Assembly (NCBI GenBank): GCA_964611585.1
Contig: CAZTAK010000006.1
Coordinates: forward strand, 14,245-64,312
From: an uncultured Alphaproteobacteria bacterium
GTDB taxonomy: Bacteria; Pseudomonadota; Alphaproteobacteria; SHVP01
DNA: 50,068 nt
Reading direction: 5' to 3'
Positions 1 to 12,158 of this stretch are shown piece by piece. Every line of letters begins with the position of its first letter. Within the stretch, counting starts at the first letter, position 1. A model generated the notes under the pieces. The model was not told the DNA's origin. It worked only from the letters and a program-made list of their open reading frames with translations, and made no database searches. A program made the position numbers and the translations under genes.

Positions 1-30
1 GCGGCACTGGACCGTATCCTCACGAACTGA
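1..30 (+). CDS. possible 3' end of an upstream gene (AALDRILTN*), truncated by window edge
   Basis: Frame 1 reads GC3-rich codons to TGA at 28-30; too short to identify. Confidence 0.3.
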   Translation, partial: AALDRILTN

Positions 31-67
31 CATACCCGCGCGCGTGCGCCGCAACTCGGATATCTCT

Positions 68-1135
68 CTAGGCCGCAAGCCAAGCCATCGTCACCAGCAG
101 CAGCACCACGCCATTGAGAAGAACGGCGACAGCGTAGAGAAACACCGCGCGGCGGATGTCGATGGCGTTGACGCGGGCACGCGCCCGCTCGGGTCCGATC
201 CAGGGCACCAGCGCGCCGCCCCGATCCTCGATCGGATCGGGCCCGGCCAGTGACAGCCCCAGCGCACCGGCCATCGCCGCCACGGGCCAGGCAAGACTGC
301 GTACCGGGTGCCGCGGCGGTCCCTTTCGCGTGCGCCGCGCCGGTCCCTTTCGCGTGCGCCCGGCGTGCGCGCCCGGCACGAAGACCGCCGCCAGCGCCAG
401 CAGGGCACCGGCAAACCGCGCCGGCAACCATGCCATGGCCTCGTGCAGGCGCGTCGCGACCAGACCGAAGTTGCCGCCGCGGACTTTTGTTTCGTCGAGC
501 CGCGAGGCCATGACATTGACGAATCGGTAGACTACCAGACCCGGCAGTCCGAAAAGTACGTACCAGAACACGCACCCCACCAGCCCGGCAGAAAAGCGCC
601 CGGCGAGGTGCTCGACGGCACCGCGCGCCACGGCAAACGAATCGCGGCTGGCAGCGGCCAGGAATTCGTCGCCGCCGCTCAACACCGGAAAGTCGTGGTC
701 CAGGGTTTCTCGGCCCAAGTTGCCAAGGGGTCCGAGCGCCCGCGCGGTCCGCAGCGCCGCCGCCGGGCGGTGCTGGCTGACCAGCGCAAGAATCACCGTC
801 AGCGTCAGCACCCAGCCGAACGGTACCGCGGCCCCCAGCGCCGCAATCGCAGCGCCGAGGCCGACCCCCACGGCGAGAATCACCAGGGTAGCGAGCAGGC
901 CGCGGATCAGCCGCGTGGCGGCGCTGCGGTGCTCGCGGTTGAGGCGCCGTTCGAGGGAGGCCGACAGCGCGGCAACGATTCGGTCCGGGTGCGGCAAGGG
1001 CACCAGCGCACGCAAAACGGACCCCGCCACCGCATCGGTGAAAAGCGCCAGCACCAGCAGCACCAACGGAACCGGCCCCTGCACCAGCGCGACCAGAGAG
1101 AAATCCGGATTGAGTCCGGCAAGACGGTCGAGCAT
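68..1135 (-). CDS. cobD: CobD/CbiB-family membrane protein (adenosylcobinamide-phosphate synthase-like), divergent
   Basis: PHPD motif, hydrophobic helices, VFWYVLFGLPGLVVYRFVN, AWLPARF, WPVAAMAGALGLSLAGP; start taken at ATG 1135 (MLDRLAG). Confidence 0.75.
   Translation of the reverse strand: MLDRLAGLNPDFSLVALVQGPVPLVLLVLALFTDAVAGSVLRALVPLPHPDRIVAALSASLERRLNREHRSAATRLIRGLLATLVILAVGVGLGAAIAALGAAVPFGWVLTLTVILALVSQHRPAAALRTARALGPLGNLGRETLDHDFPVLSGGDEFLAAASRDSFAVARGAVEHLAGRFSAGLVGCVFWYVLFGLPGLVVYRFVNVMASRLDETKVRGGNFGLVATRLHEAMAWLPARFAGALLALAAVFVPGAHAGRTRKGPARRTRKGPPRHPVRSLAWPVAAMAGALGLSLAGPDPIEDRGGALVPWIGPERARARVNAIDIRRAVFLYAVAVLLNGVVLLLVTMAWLAA
317..360. repeat. in-frame tandem duplication, 24-bp period (20 bp identical) inside cobD
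   Basis: CGGTCCCTTTCGCGTGCGCC at 317-336 and 341-360; encodes RTRKGP twice. Confidence 0.9.
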
Positions 1136-1141
1136 CGCCTC

Positions 1142-1171
1142 ACAATGGGAGGGGCAGCGGTTGACGTCAAC
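1142..1171 (-). promoter_or_regulatory. putative sigma70 promoter for cobD with palindromic -35 region
   Basis: TTGACG (1170-1165)-17 bp-CATTGT (1147-1142); perfect palindrome GTTGACGTCAAC at 1160-1171. Confidence 0.45.
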
Positions 1172-1193
1172 GTGCGCGCCTCGCGCACCGGCG

Positions 1194-1333
1194 CCAGAGC
1201 AATATCCGGAGAGGTTGAACCGGCGCGGTTCAAGTCCTCCGGGCAAAATTGCTCACCTCGTCAAGAAGGAAGTGGCGCTCTATTCTTTTAGTGATCGCCG
1301 AAGGCGATTCCACCTGAACGGAGGCGGCTCTGG
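1194..1333. repeat. 140-bp palindromic intergenic element, copy 1 (RIME/MITE-like)
   Basis: Ends CCAGAGC...GCTCTGG; internal hairpins; ~77% identical by manual alignment to 1431-1571. Confidence 0.85.
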
Positions 1334-1430
1334 GTGGCCTATCTGCCCACCGGTCAGGACCCGGCGGCAACGGCCGAACTGAATCGAGTGCCCATCGAGG
1401 GGTGGTGCCACCGGACCGGCGCGGGCCCGG

Positions 1431-1571
1431 TTAGAGCAATATCCGAGGGGCTTGAACCGGCGCGGTTCGTGCCCTTCGGATAGAACTGCTCTACTCTTCA
1501 AGAGGGGCAGAGCCGCCCTATCCGTCCAGTGATTGCCGAAGGCGATTCCACCTGAACGGATGCGTCTCTAA
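1431..1571. repeat. 141-bp palindromic intergenic element, copy 2 (RIME/MITE-like)
   Basis: Ends TTAGAG...CTCTAA; shares TTGAACCGGCGCGGTTC and GCCGAAGGCGATTCCACCTGAACGGA with copy 1. Confidence 0.85.
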
Positions 1572-1652
1572 CGGATTGAACGCCCCAAGCCGCTGGACGG
1601 AACGGTCTCGCGCGTCCCATAATGGCCGCCCCGCCGATTGCCGGAGCCGCCA

Positions 1653-2870
1653 TTGCTTTATCATCTTCACGAGACCCAGCACGCCGCCGCCCAGCCCTTG
1701 CGGCTGGCCGCCCAGAGCGGGCAATTGTTCTTCCGCAATCCCCTCAATCCGCTTTCCCATTCCGCCTTCGGGCGGTCGATGGCTGCGGCCTGCGAGATCG
1801 TCGATTACACGCTCAAGCGCCGCGAACGTCCCGATTTCGGATTTGAGTCGATCGAAATCGACGGCCGGCAGGTGGCGGTCAGTGAAGACGTGATCCTGGA
1901 TTTGCCGTTCTGCCACCTGAAGCATTTCCGGCGCGATAGCGGCCGCGACGATCCGCGTGTTCTGGTGGTGGCACCGTTGTCAGGGCATTACGCCACCCTG
2001 TTGCGCGGCACCGTCGCGGCGCTGCTGCCGAACCACGACGTCTATATAACCGACTGGCTCGACGCACGCGATGTGCCGGTGTCGGAGGGCGGCTTCGACC
2101 TCGATGACTACGTCGAGGACGTGCGAGGGATTCTCGGGCACCTCGGGTCCGGCACCCACGTGATGGCGGTCTGCCAGCCGTCCGTGCCGGTTCTAGCCGC
2201 AGTGTCGCTGATGAGTGCGGACAACGATCCGGCAACACCAAAATCGATGATCCTGATGGGAGGACCCATCGACACCCGCGTCAACCCGACCGCAATTAAC
2301 CGCGTCGCTGAATCGCGCCCGATCGAGTGGTTCGAGCGCAGCGTCATCGCCCGGGTGCCCCTCCCTTATGCCGGCGTTATGCGCCGCGTCTATCCGGGTT
2401 TTATCCAGTTGACCGGGTTCATGACCATGAACATGGAACGGCATCTGAATGCGCACCTGAAGTTGTACGATCATCTGATCGAGGGCGACGGCGACAGCGC
2501 TGCGGCACACCGGAAGTTCTACGACGAGTACCTCGCGGTCATGGACCTGCCGGCCGAGTTTTATTTGCAGACCGTCAAGACCGTCTTCCAGGAGCACGCG
2601 TTGCCGAAGGGCGAAATGACGGTGCGGGGGGCGCCGGTCGACCCGTCTGCTATTACCCGAACCGCCCTGATGACCATCGAGGGCGAACTCGACGACATTT
2701 CGGGCCTGGGCCAGACTCGCGCCGCACACGATCTGTGTACCGGAATTCCGCGGGCGGCGCGTGTCCATCGCCAGCAATCCCAGACCGGTCACTACGGTAT
2801 TTTCAATGGCCGCCGCTGGCGCAATAAAATCTGCCCCGCGGTGGCGGAATTTATCCGCGCCCACGCATGA
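1653..2870 (+). CDS. phaZ: intracellular polyhydroxyalkanoate depolymerase
   Basis: [18 protein letters not shown], catalytic [27 protein letters not shown]; TTG start 1653 with GGAG upstream. Confidence 0.93.
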   Translation: MLYHLHETQHAAAQPLRLAAQSGQLFFRNPLNPLSHSAFGRSMAAACEIVDYTLKRRERPDFGFESIEIDGRQVAVSEDVILDLPFCHLKHFRRDSGRDDPRVLVVAPLSGHYATLLRGTVAALLPNHDVYITDWLDARDVPVSEGGFDLDDYVEDVRGILGHLGSGTHVMAVCQPSVPVLAAVSLMSADNDPATPKSMILMGGPIDTRVNPTAINRVAESRPIEWFERSVIARVPLPYAGVMRRVYPGFIQLTGFMTMNMERHLNAHLKLYDHLIEGDGDSAAAHRKFYDEYLAVMDLPAEFYLQTVKTVFQEHALPKGEMTVRGAPVDPSAITRTALMTIEGELDDISGLGQTRAAHDLCTGIPRAARVHRQQSQTGHYGIFNGRRWRNKICPAVAEFIRAHA

Positions 2871-3418
2871 TCCGACCGGAGCCGGACGGCGCACTGCCGT
2901 TCTGGAAAACGAAAACCCTCGGGGACCTTTCAACTGAGGAATGGGAATCGCTTTGCGACAGTTGCGGCAAGTGCTGTCTGTTGAAGCTGGAGGATGCGGA
3001 CTCCGGCGCCATCGACTTCACCAACGTCGCCTGCCGCCTGCTCGATGTCGGCACCTGCACCTGCACGCGCTACGGTGAACGAAAGCGCTACGTTTCCGAT
3101 TGCGTAGTGCTAACGCCGAAAAAGGTCGACCAGATCGCGTGGATGCCGTCCACCTGCGCCTACCGGCTAATCGCCGAAGGCCACGATCTTATGTGGTGGC
3201 ATCATCTTGTATCGGGCGATTCGAATACGGTGCACGAAGCGGGAGTTTCGGTTCGCGGCCGGGCCGTACCGGAGAAGCGGGCCGGCGATCTCGAAGATCA
3301 CCTTGCCGAGTGGCCGCGCTATGGCGGCCGCGGCGGGGAGAAGATTCGTGGCGAACAAACGGTTGGGGGCGGGGAAGGACTTGAACTCCGGCGCATTGCC
3401 GCTAGGGTCTCGGATTAA
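2867..3418 (+). CDS. YcgN/UPF0260 cysteine-cluster protein with C-terminal extension
   Basis: [38 protein letters not shown]; ATGA overlap with phaZ. Confidence 0.88.
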   Translation: MIRPEPDGALPFWKTKTLGDLSTEEWESLCDSCGKCCLLKLEDADSGAIDFTNVACRLLDVGTCTCTRYGERKRYVSDCVVLTPKKVDQIAWMPSTCAYRLIAEGHDLMWWHHLVSGDSNTVHEAGVSVRGRAVPEKRAGDLEDHLAEWPRYGGRGGEKIRGEQTVGGGEGLELRRIAARVSD

Positions 3419-3628
3419 CATGGTCGCCAGTTCGCCGAACCCGCCTTCAACCTGCACCTGCGATTCGAGCAGGACGCGTTCGACCGCACCGCGCAATTTT
3501 TCCGCCAGTGCCAGACATTCGGCCTGACCGAGGCCATTGAAGTGCCGCACGGGAACGTATTTGCCACCGGCCGGATTGGTCGCGGAATCGGATTCGCCGA
3601 TGGCAAGACGTGAGTCGATCCGATGAGC
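3344..3628 (-). pseudogene. remnant of VOC/glyoxalase (extradiol dioxygenase-like) family gene
   Basis: Antisense frame reads TNPAGGKYVPVRHF...[21 protein letters not shown]...LFA, matching the family C-terminal half; no start, N-terminus missing, no stop at expected place. Confidence 0.7.
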
Positions 3629-4327
3629 CGGCGCGAACGGTTCGAGACCGTCACTTTGCGCGGGCGCGATGTGCGCATCCGGCTCCAGCTCAGCCGGCGG
3701 GCACGCCATATCACGCTTCGGCTCGACGAAAAGCGGGGCGGAGTGGATTTGGTGCTGCCGCGCGGCGTGCCGCGCGCGGAAGGATTGCAGTTCGCGCAGG
3801 AAAAGGCGGGCTGGATACTGCGCCATATCGATTCGCTGCCGAGCCCGGTGCCCTTCGCCCACGGATCGGTCATTCCGGTGATGGGCAAGGAGTATGAGAT
3901 TTTCCACCGGCCCAACGACCGCGGCGTGGTTTGGGTCGAGGACAGCACCCTTTGTGTCGCCGGCGACGCCCCCCATGTCGCCCGCCGCGTCACCGACTGG
4001 CTCAAGAAGACGGCGCGGCGCGAGATTTCGTGGCGCGCACACGCCAACGCCGAGCGCACCGGCCGGGGGATAGAACGCATCAGTTTTCGCGACCCGCGCT
4101 CGCGCTGGGGCAGTTGTTCCGACGACGGCCATCTGTCGTTTTCGTGGCGACTGGTTCTGGCGCCCGCAGGCGTGCTGGAATACGTCGTCGCCCACGAGGT
4201 GGCGCATCTGACCGAACTCAATCACAGCCCGCGATTTTGGGCGCTGGTGCACGACCTCTGCCCCGACTGCGACGTGCCGAAATACTGGCTCAAACGCCAC
4301 GGCGCCACATTGCACCGGTTCGGATAG
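3623..4327 (+). CDS. M48/YgjP (SprT-like) zinc metallopeptidase/hydrolase
   Basis: RSRWGSCS, YVVAHEVAH (HExxH), NHSPRFW. Confidence 0.9.
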   Translation: MSRRERFETVTLRGRDVRIRLQLSRRARHITLRLDEKRGGVDLVLPRGVPRAEGLQFAQEKAGWILRHIDSLPSPVPFAHGSVIPVMGKEYEIFHRPNDRGVVWVEDSTLCVAGDAPHVARRVTDWLKKTARREISWRAHANAERTGRGIERISFRDPRSRWGSCSDDGHLSFSWRLVLAPAGVLEYVVAHEVAHLTELNHSPRFWALVHDLCPDCDVPKYWLKRHGATLHRFG

Positions 4328-4396
4328 CCGCGCCGTGGGGTCGGCACGGCTTGGGGGCCGCCACCGCCGGTCTCGAACGGCGTCACATGTGTTTTC

Positions 4397-5596
4397 ATGT
4401 TCCGCCCCAATTCGCTGACCCTGATCCTGTTGGTGGGCGGCCTGGCCGCCTCAGGTCCGCTTTCGACCGACATGTATGTGCCGGCGATGCCCTCGCTGAC
4501 CGACGATCTCGGCACCAGCGTCGGCATGGTGACTCTGACGCTGAGCCTTTACCTGTGGGCGTTCGCGCTGGGGCAACTGGTGTTCGGGCCGGTCTCGGAC
4601 CGCTTCGGCCGGCGCCCGGCGTTGCTTGGCGGCCTCACGCTTTACACGGCGGCCAGCGTCGCCTGTGCGCTGGCGCCCAACATCGAGACCCTGATCGCAG
4701 CGCGCTCCGTTCAGGCGCTGGGCGCGTGTTCGGGCCAGGTGTTGAGCCGCGCCATCATCCGCGACCTGCATGAGGGGACCACCGGAACCCGGGTGCTGGC
4801 CCACACGACCGTGATCATGGGGCTCTCGTCGATGTTTGCGCCGGTCGGCGGCGGCTACCTGACGGTATGGGCAGACTGGCGCGCCGTGTTCTGGGCGCTG
4901 ACCGGCTACGGCGTCATTTTCGGCTTGGTCGTCGCCTTCGGCTTCAAGGAATCCTTGGCGCGGCCCGACGTAAATGCAATTCAGCCGCTGCGGATGCTCC
5001 GCAGTTTTGCTTACCTGATCCGGAACCGGACGTTTTCGGGGTACACCTTCAGCCTGTGTTTCCTGTTCGCGATGCTGTACACGTTCATTTCCTCGGGCCC
5101 GTTCGTCTTCATCGGCATTTACGGTCTGGCGCCGCAGGAATTCGGGCTGATCTTCACGGCCATCGCCAGCACCTTTATCGTCGCCTCGCTAATCACGGGG
5201 CGGATTTCGCACCGCGTCGGGCCGCGACGGATCTACGGGACCGCAATATTGGCGACCGCGGCCGGCGGTGTCGCGCTTGCCCTTGCCGCATCCGGCCCCT
5301 ATGCCGGTGTCGTCACCATCGTCGCACCCATGATGGTGATTTCCTGTGCGATGGGCTTCCTGATGCCGGTGGCATTCGCGACCGCGATGGCGCCGCATCC
5401 GCGGATGGCGGGCATGGCCTCGGCCCTGATTGGGGCCCTGATATCGGGCTTCGGCGCCGCCGGTGGGGCGCTCGCCGGTTGGGCCTTCGACGGATCGGCG
5501 ATGCCAATGGGCCTCCTGATCGGCTTGTACTGTGTCTTGGCGATGGCGACGTTCTTCCTGGTCACCCCCCGGAGCCCGGCGCCGGGCACGGGATAG
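4397..5596 (+). CDS. Bcr/CflA-family MFS efflux transporter
   Basis: DMYVPAMP, GPVSDRFGRRP motif A, RAIIRDL, ~12 hydrophobic segments. Confidence 0.9.
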   Translation: MFRPNSLTLILLVGGLAASGPLSTDMYVPAMPSLTDDLGTSVGMVTLTLSLYLWAFALGQLVFGPVSDRFGRRPALLGGLTLYTAASVACALAPNIETLIAARSVQALGACSGQVLSRAIIRDLHEGTTGTRVLAHTTVIMGLSSMFAPVGGGYLTVWADWRAVFWALTGYGVIFGLVVAFGFKESLARPDVNAIQPLRMLRSFAYLIRNRTFSGYTFSLCFLFAMLYTFISSGPFVFIGIYGLAPQEFGLIFTAIASTFIVASLITGRISHRVGPRRIYGTAILATAAGGVALALAASGPYAGVVTIVAPMMVISCAMGFLMPVAFATAMAPHPRMAGMASALIGALISGFGAAGGALAGWAFDGSAMPMGLLIGLYCVLAMATFFLVTPRSPAPGTG

Positions 5597-5619
5597 CCGG
5601 GGCCTTTTGTTTGACCCTC

Positions 5620-6870
5620 ATGACCCCCCTTCGCGCCAATACCCTGTCACTGCTGGCCGTGCTGGCCGCTGTTCTGGTCGCCGGTGAAATGGCGACCGAT
5701 ATGTTTCTGTCGTCGCTGCCGACGCTGACCGATTGGTTCAACACCACGACCAGCCGGGTGCAGTTGACGCTGAGCGTCTATCTGGTCGGGTTCGCGCTGG
5801 CGCAACTGGCCTATGGCCCACTCTCCGACCGGTACGGGCGCAAGCGGCCGCTGATTGCCGGTACCGCATTGTTCGTAGCCGCCTCGGTGGCGTGCGCGTT
5901 CGCGACCTCCATCGAGATGCTGATTGTATTCCGATTCTTCCAGGCGCTGGGCGGTGCGGCGAGTTATGTCATTTGCCTGGCGATCATCCGCGACATGCAC
6001 GACCGCGACGCCGCCGCCACGATGCTCGCCCGCATGGGTACGATCATCGGCATTGCGCCGGCGATCGCGCCGGTGATCGGTGGATATTTGCTGGTCTGGC
6101 TGGGCTGGCAGGCGAACTTCGTATTCCTGACCGCGTGGGGCCTGCTGGCGATCGTGCTGGTTTGGGTGTGGATCGTGGAGACGAACACCCATCCCGACCG
6201 GAACGCCATTCGACCCCTTCAGATGGTGAAGAACTTTTCGACCTTGCTGGGTAACCGGACCTACATCGGATTCACGTTTACGTTGGTGTTCGCGTTTTCG
6301 ACCTTTTTTGCGTTCATTTCGGGAGCCCCCTTCGTATTCATCGAAGTGCTTGAGGTGGCGCCGGAAAACTTTGCCTGGTTGATTACGATACAGGTGGTGG
6401 GTTTCATCTCAGGCACGCTGCTGGTCGACCGGCTGTTGCCAAAATGGGGTGTGGACCGGCTGTTCCGATGGGCCATCTTTTTGGCTGCTATCAGCGGCCT
6501 GGCAATCGCCCTCCTGCCCTTGCTCGGCATTCAGACGGTTTGGACGATCGTCGCGCCGATGGTTTTGTTCGCCTTCGCCATCGGCTTTATCTTTCCGTTG
6601 GGGACCGCGGGCGCGATCGGGCCGTTTCCGCACATGGCCGGTGCGGCCTCGGCGCTGCTGGGTTTTCTCGAATCGGCGGTCGGTGCCGGATTCGGCGCGG
6701 CGGTCGGCATCCTCCACGACGGAACCGTCGTTCCGATGACCACGATCATGGGTCTCGCAACGCTGTTGTCGCTGTTGGTTTACCTTGCGACTTTGTGGCG
6801 GCACGAGGCGGCCGTCACCGGACCCGCCGACAGCGAACTGACAGCCGAAACGATCGCCACAGAAGATTGA
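5620..6870 (+). CDS. Bcr/CflA-family MFS efflux transporter (second paralog)
   Basis: DMFLSSLP, GPLSDRYGRKRP, AIIRDM, AGAASALLG; start at ATG 5620 within the longer ORF. Confidence 0.9.
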   Translation: MTPLRANTLSLLAVLAAVLVAGEMATDMFLSSLPTLTDWFNTTTSRVQLTLSVYLVGFALAQLAYGPLSDRYGRKRPLIAGTALFVAASVACAFATSIEMLIVFRFFQALGGAASYVICLAIIRDMHDRDAAATMLARMGTIIGIAPAIAPVIGGYLLVWLGWQANFVFLTAWGLLAIVLVWVWIVETNTHPDRNAIRPLQMVKNFSTLLGNRTYIGFTFTLVFAFSTFFAFISGAPFVFIEVLEVAPENFAWLITIQVVGFISGTLLVDRLLPKWGVDRLFRWAIFLAAISGLAIALLPLLGIQTVWTIVAPMVLFAFAIGFIFPLGTAGAIGPFPHMAGAASALLGFLESAVGAGFGAAVGILHDGTVVPMTTIMGLATLLSLLVYLATLWRHEAAVTGPADSELTAETIATED

Positions 6871-7019
6871 GCCTTCGCCGGGCGAACCTGACGTTTCGAT
6901 TTCTCACGTTTCAATTTCTCAATGTCAGCCCGCGCCACGAGGCCAGCGATCTGACGCTGTTCAATTGATCTCGACGGGTGGCCCTAATTTCGTCGCCACC
7001 GCGTGTTGGAATCCAACCC

Positions 7020-10742
<3,723 letters not shown>

Positions 10743-10747
10743 CGGCT

Positions 10748-11866
10748 TCAGACCCGCATGGGCATCAGGACGAACAGGGCGCGTTCGTCGCCAGGATCGG
10801 TGATGATCGTCGGCGAGACCGAGTCCGCGAGTAAAAAGCGTGCCGTATCCCCATCAATTTCGCTAGTAATCTCAAGGAGATACTTGGAGTTGAACCCGAT
10901 CTCCAGGGGTTCGCCGGCGTAACCGACAGGTAGCGCCTCGCTCGCCGTACCGCTGTCGGGGCTGGTGGCCGAGAGTTCCAGTTTGTCGGCGGCAAGACCC
11001 AATTTGATGGCGCGCGACTTCTCGGTCGAGATTGTCGAAACCCGGTCTACCGCGGCGCGAAACTCGGCGCAACCGACGTCGAGTTCCTTGTCGTTGCCTT
11101 CCGGGATAACGCGCTCGTAGTCCGGAAAGGTGCCGTCAATCAGCTTGGTCGTCAGCACCGCCTCGCCGAACCCGAACCGGATGCGGGTTTCCGATAGCGC
11201 CACTTCGATATCGTCGTCGCAACCCTCGGCCAGGCGTCGAAGTTCGTTGATCGCCTTGCGCGGGACGATAACGCCCGGCATCCCTGCCGCCCCATCGGGC
11301 AGCGGCGTCTCGACCTGGGCCAGGCGGTGGCCGTCGGTTGCGACCGCGCGCAGCATCGCCACACCACCGCTTTCGGCGTCGTGCAGGTAGATCCCGTTGA
11401 GGTAATAACGGGTTTCCTCGGTCGAAATTGCGAACCGGGTCTTGTCGAGTAGGCGCCGCAATTCTTCTGCTGCTAGCGAAAACTTGCACGGCAGCTCGTC
11501 GTCGCTTGGCACCGGGAAGTCTTCGCGCGGCAAGCACGGCAGAGTAAACGACGACCGGCCCGCTTGCAGTGTCATGCGCGAGGCATCGCCCGCAAGTGCT
11601 AGTTCGACCTGCGCGCCTTCGGGCAATTTGCGCACGATATCGAACAGCAGATGCGCCTGCACCGTGGTCGCGCCGGCCTGGCCGACGTCGGCGGCCGCAG
11701 CTTCGTCGATGGCCATGTCGAGATCGGTGGCGGTAAGGCGCATCTGCCCGTCGGCGGCAGCGATCAGGACGTTGGCAAGGATCGGAATTGTGGTCCGGCG
11801 TTCGACCACGTTCTGAACGTGGCCGAGAGCGGCCAACAGCGCCGCCCGTTCGATCGTTATCTTCAT
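10748..11866 (-). CDS. dnaN: DNA polymerase III beta clamp
   Basis: MKITIER start, ATDLD, TEETRYYLNG, ATDGHRL, DGTFPDY, VLMPMRV. Confidence 0.98.
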   Translation of the reverse strand: MKITIERAALLAALGHVQNVVERRTTIPILANVLIAAADGQMRLTATDLDMAIDEAAAADVGQAGATTVQAHLLFDIVRKLPEGAQVELALAGDASRMTLQAGRSSFTLPCLPREDFPVPSDDELPCKFSLAAEELRRLLDKTRFAISTEETRYYLNGIYLHDAESGGVAMLRAVATDGHRLAQVETPLPDGAAGMPGVIVPRKAINELRRLAEGCDDDIEVALSETRIRFGFGEAVLTTKLIDGTFPDYERVIPEGNDKELDVGCAEFRAAVDRVSTISTEKSRAIKLGLAADKLELSATSPDSGTASEALPVGYAGEPLEIGFNSKYLLEITSEIDGDTARFLLADSVSPTIITDPGDERALFVLMPMRV

Positions 11867-12060
11867 CGCACCTGTGGTTTCTTCGTTGGTTATCTCTGTT
11901 TTCACCCGGCGGCCTGTTGGCCGGCCCCCAATCCAAACCCTTCCGCTGGGTGTCACCGGCCCGGCGGCGAGCGTTTCCCGCGCGACTTAAGGCCGGATGG
12001 CCTTCGGATCGTGCTTTGGGAGGGGGCGGTCTGGGCCACGCCCCGCCGGAACGAGGCCGG

Positions 12061-12071
12061 ATTATAGCACA
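12061..12071 (-). promoter_or_regulatory. extended -10 promoter upstream of dnaN
   Basis: Minus strand TGTGCTATAAT (TGn-TATAAT) in the dnaA-dnaN spacer. Confidence 0.55.
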
Positions 12072-12158
12072 GGCACGGTCCGCGAAGCCACGGCCGCGGT
12101 CCCGTCCCGATCCCGGAACCGAGCCTCTACGATTTTGAAAACAAAGGCAAAATCCGCC

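Noticed and set aside
1280-1501. small ORFs with repeated peptides (EPRRF..GYCS, PFRWNRLR)
   Set aside because: Translations of the palindromic repeat, no independent coding evidence
1194-1571. CRISPR array
   Set aside because: Only two long diverged units, no 25-45 bp repeat/spacer periodicity, no cas genes
1136-1650. cobalamin riboswitch upstream of cobD
   Set aside because: No recognisable B12-box motifs; region is explained by the repeat pair
3167-4315. 382-aa minus-strand ORF as an intact gene
   Set aside because: Mostly antisense to the M48 gene and ycgN; only 3344-3628 has family resemblance and is reported as a remnant
4867-5619. N-terminal extension or frameshift fusion of the second MFS
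   Set aside because: Arg-rich off-frame translation of the first MFS, which has its own stop; both paralogs are full length
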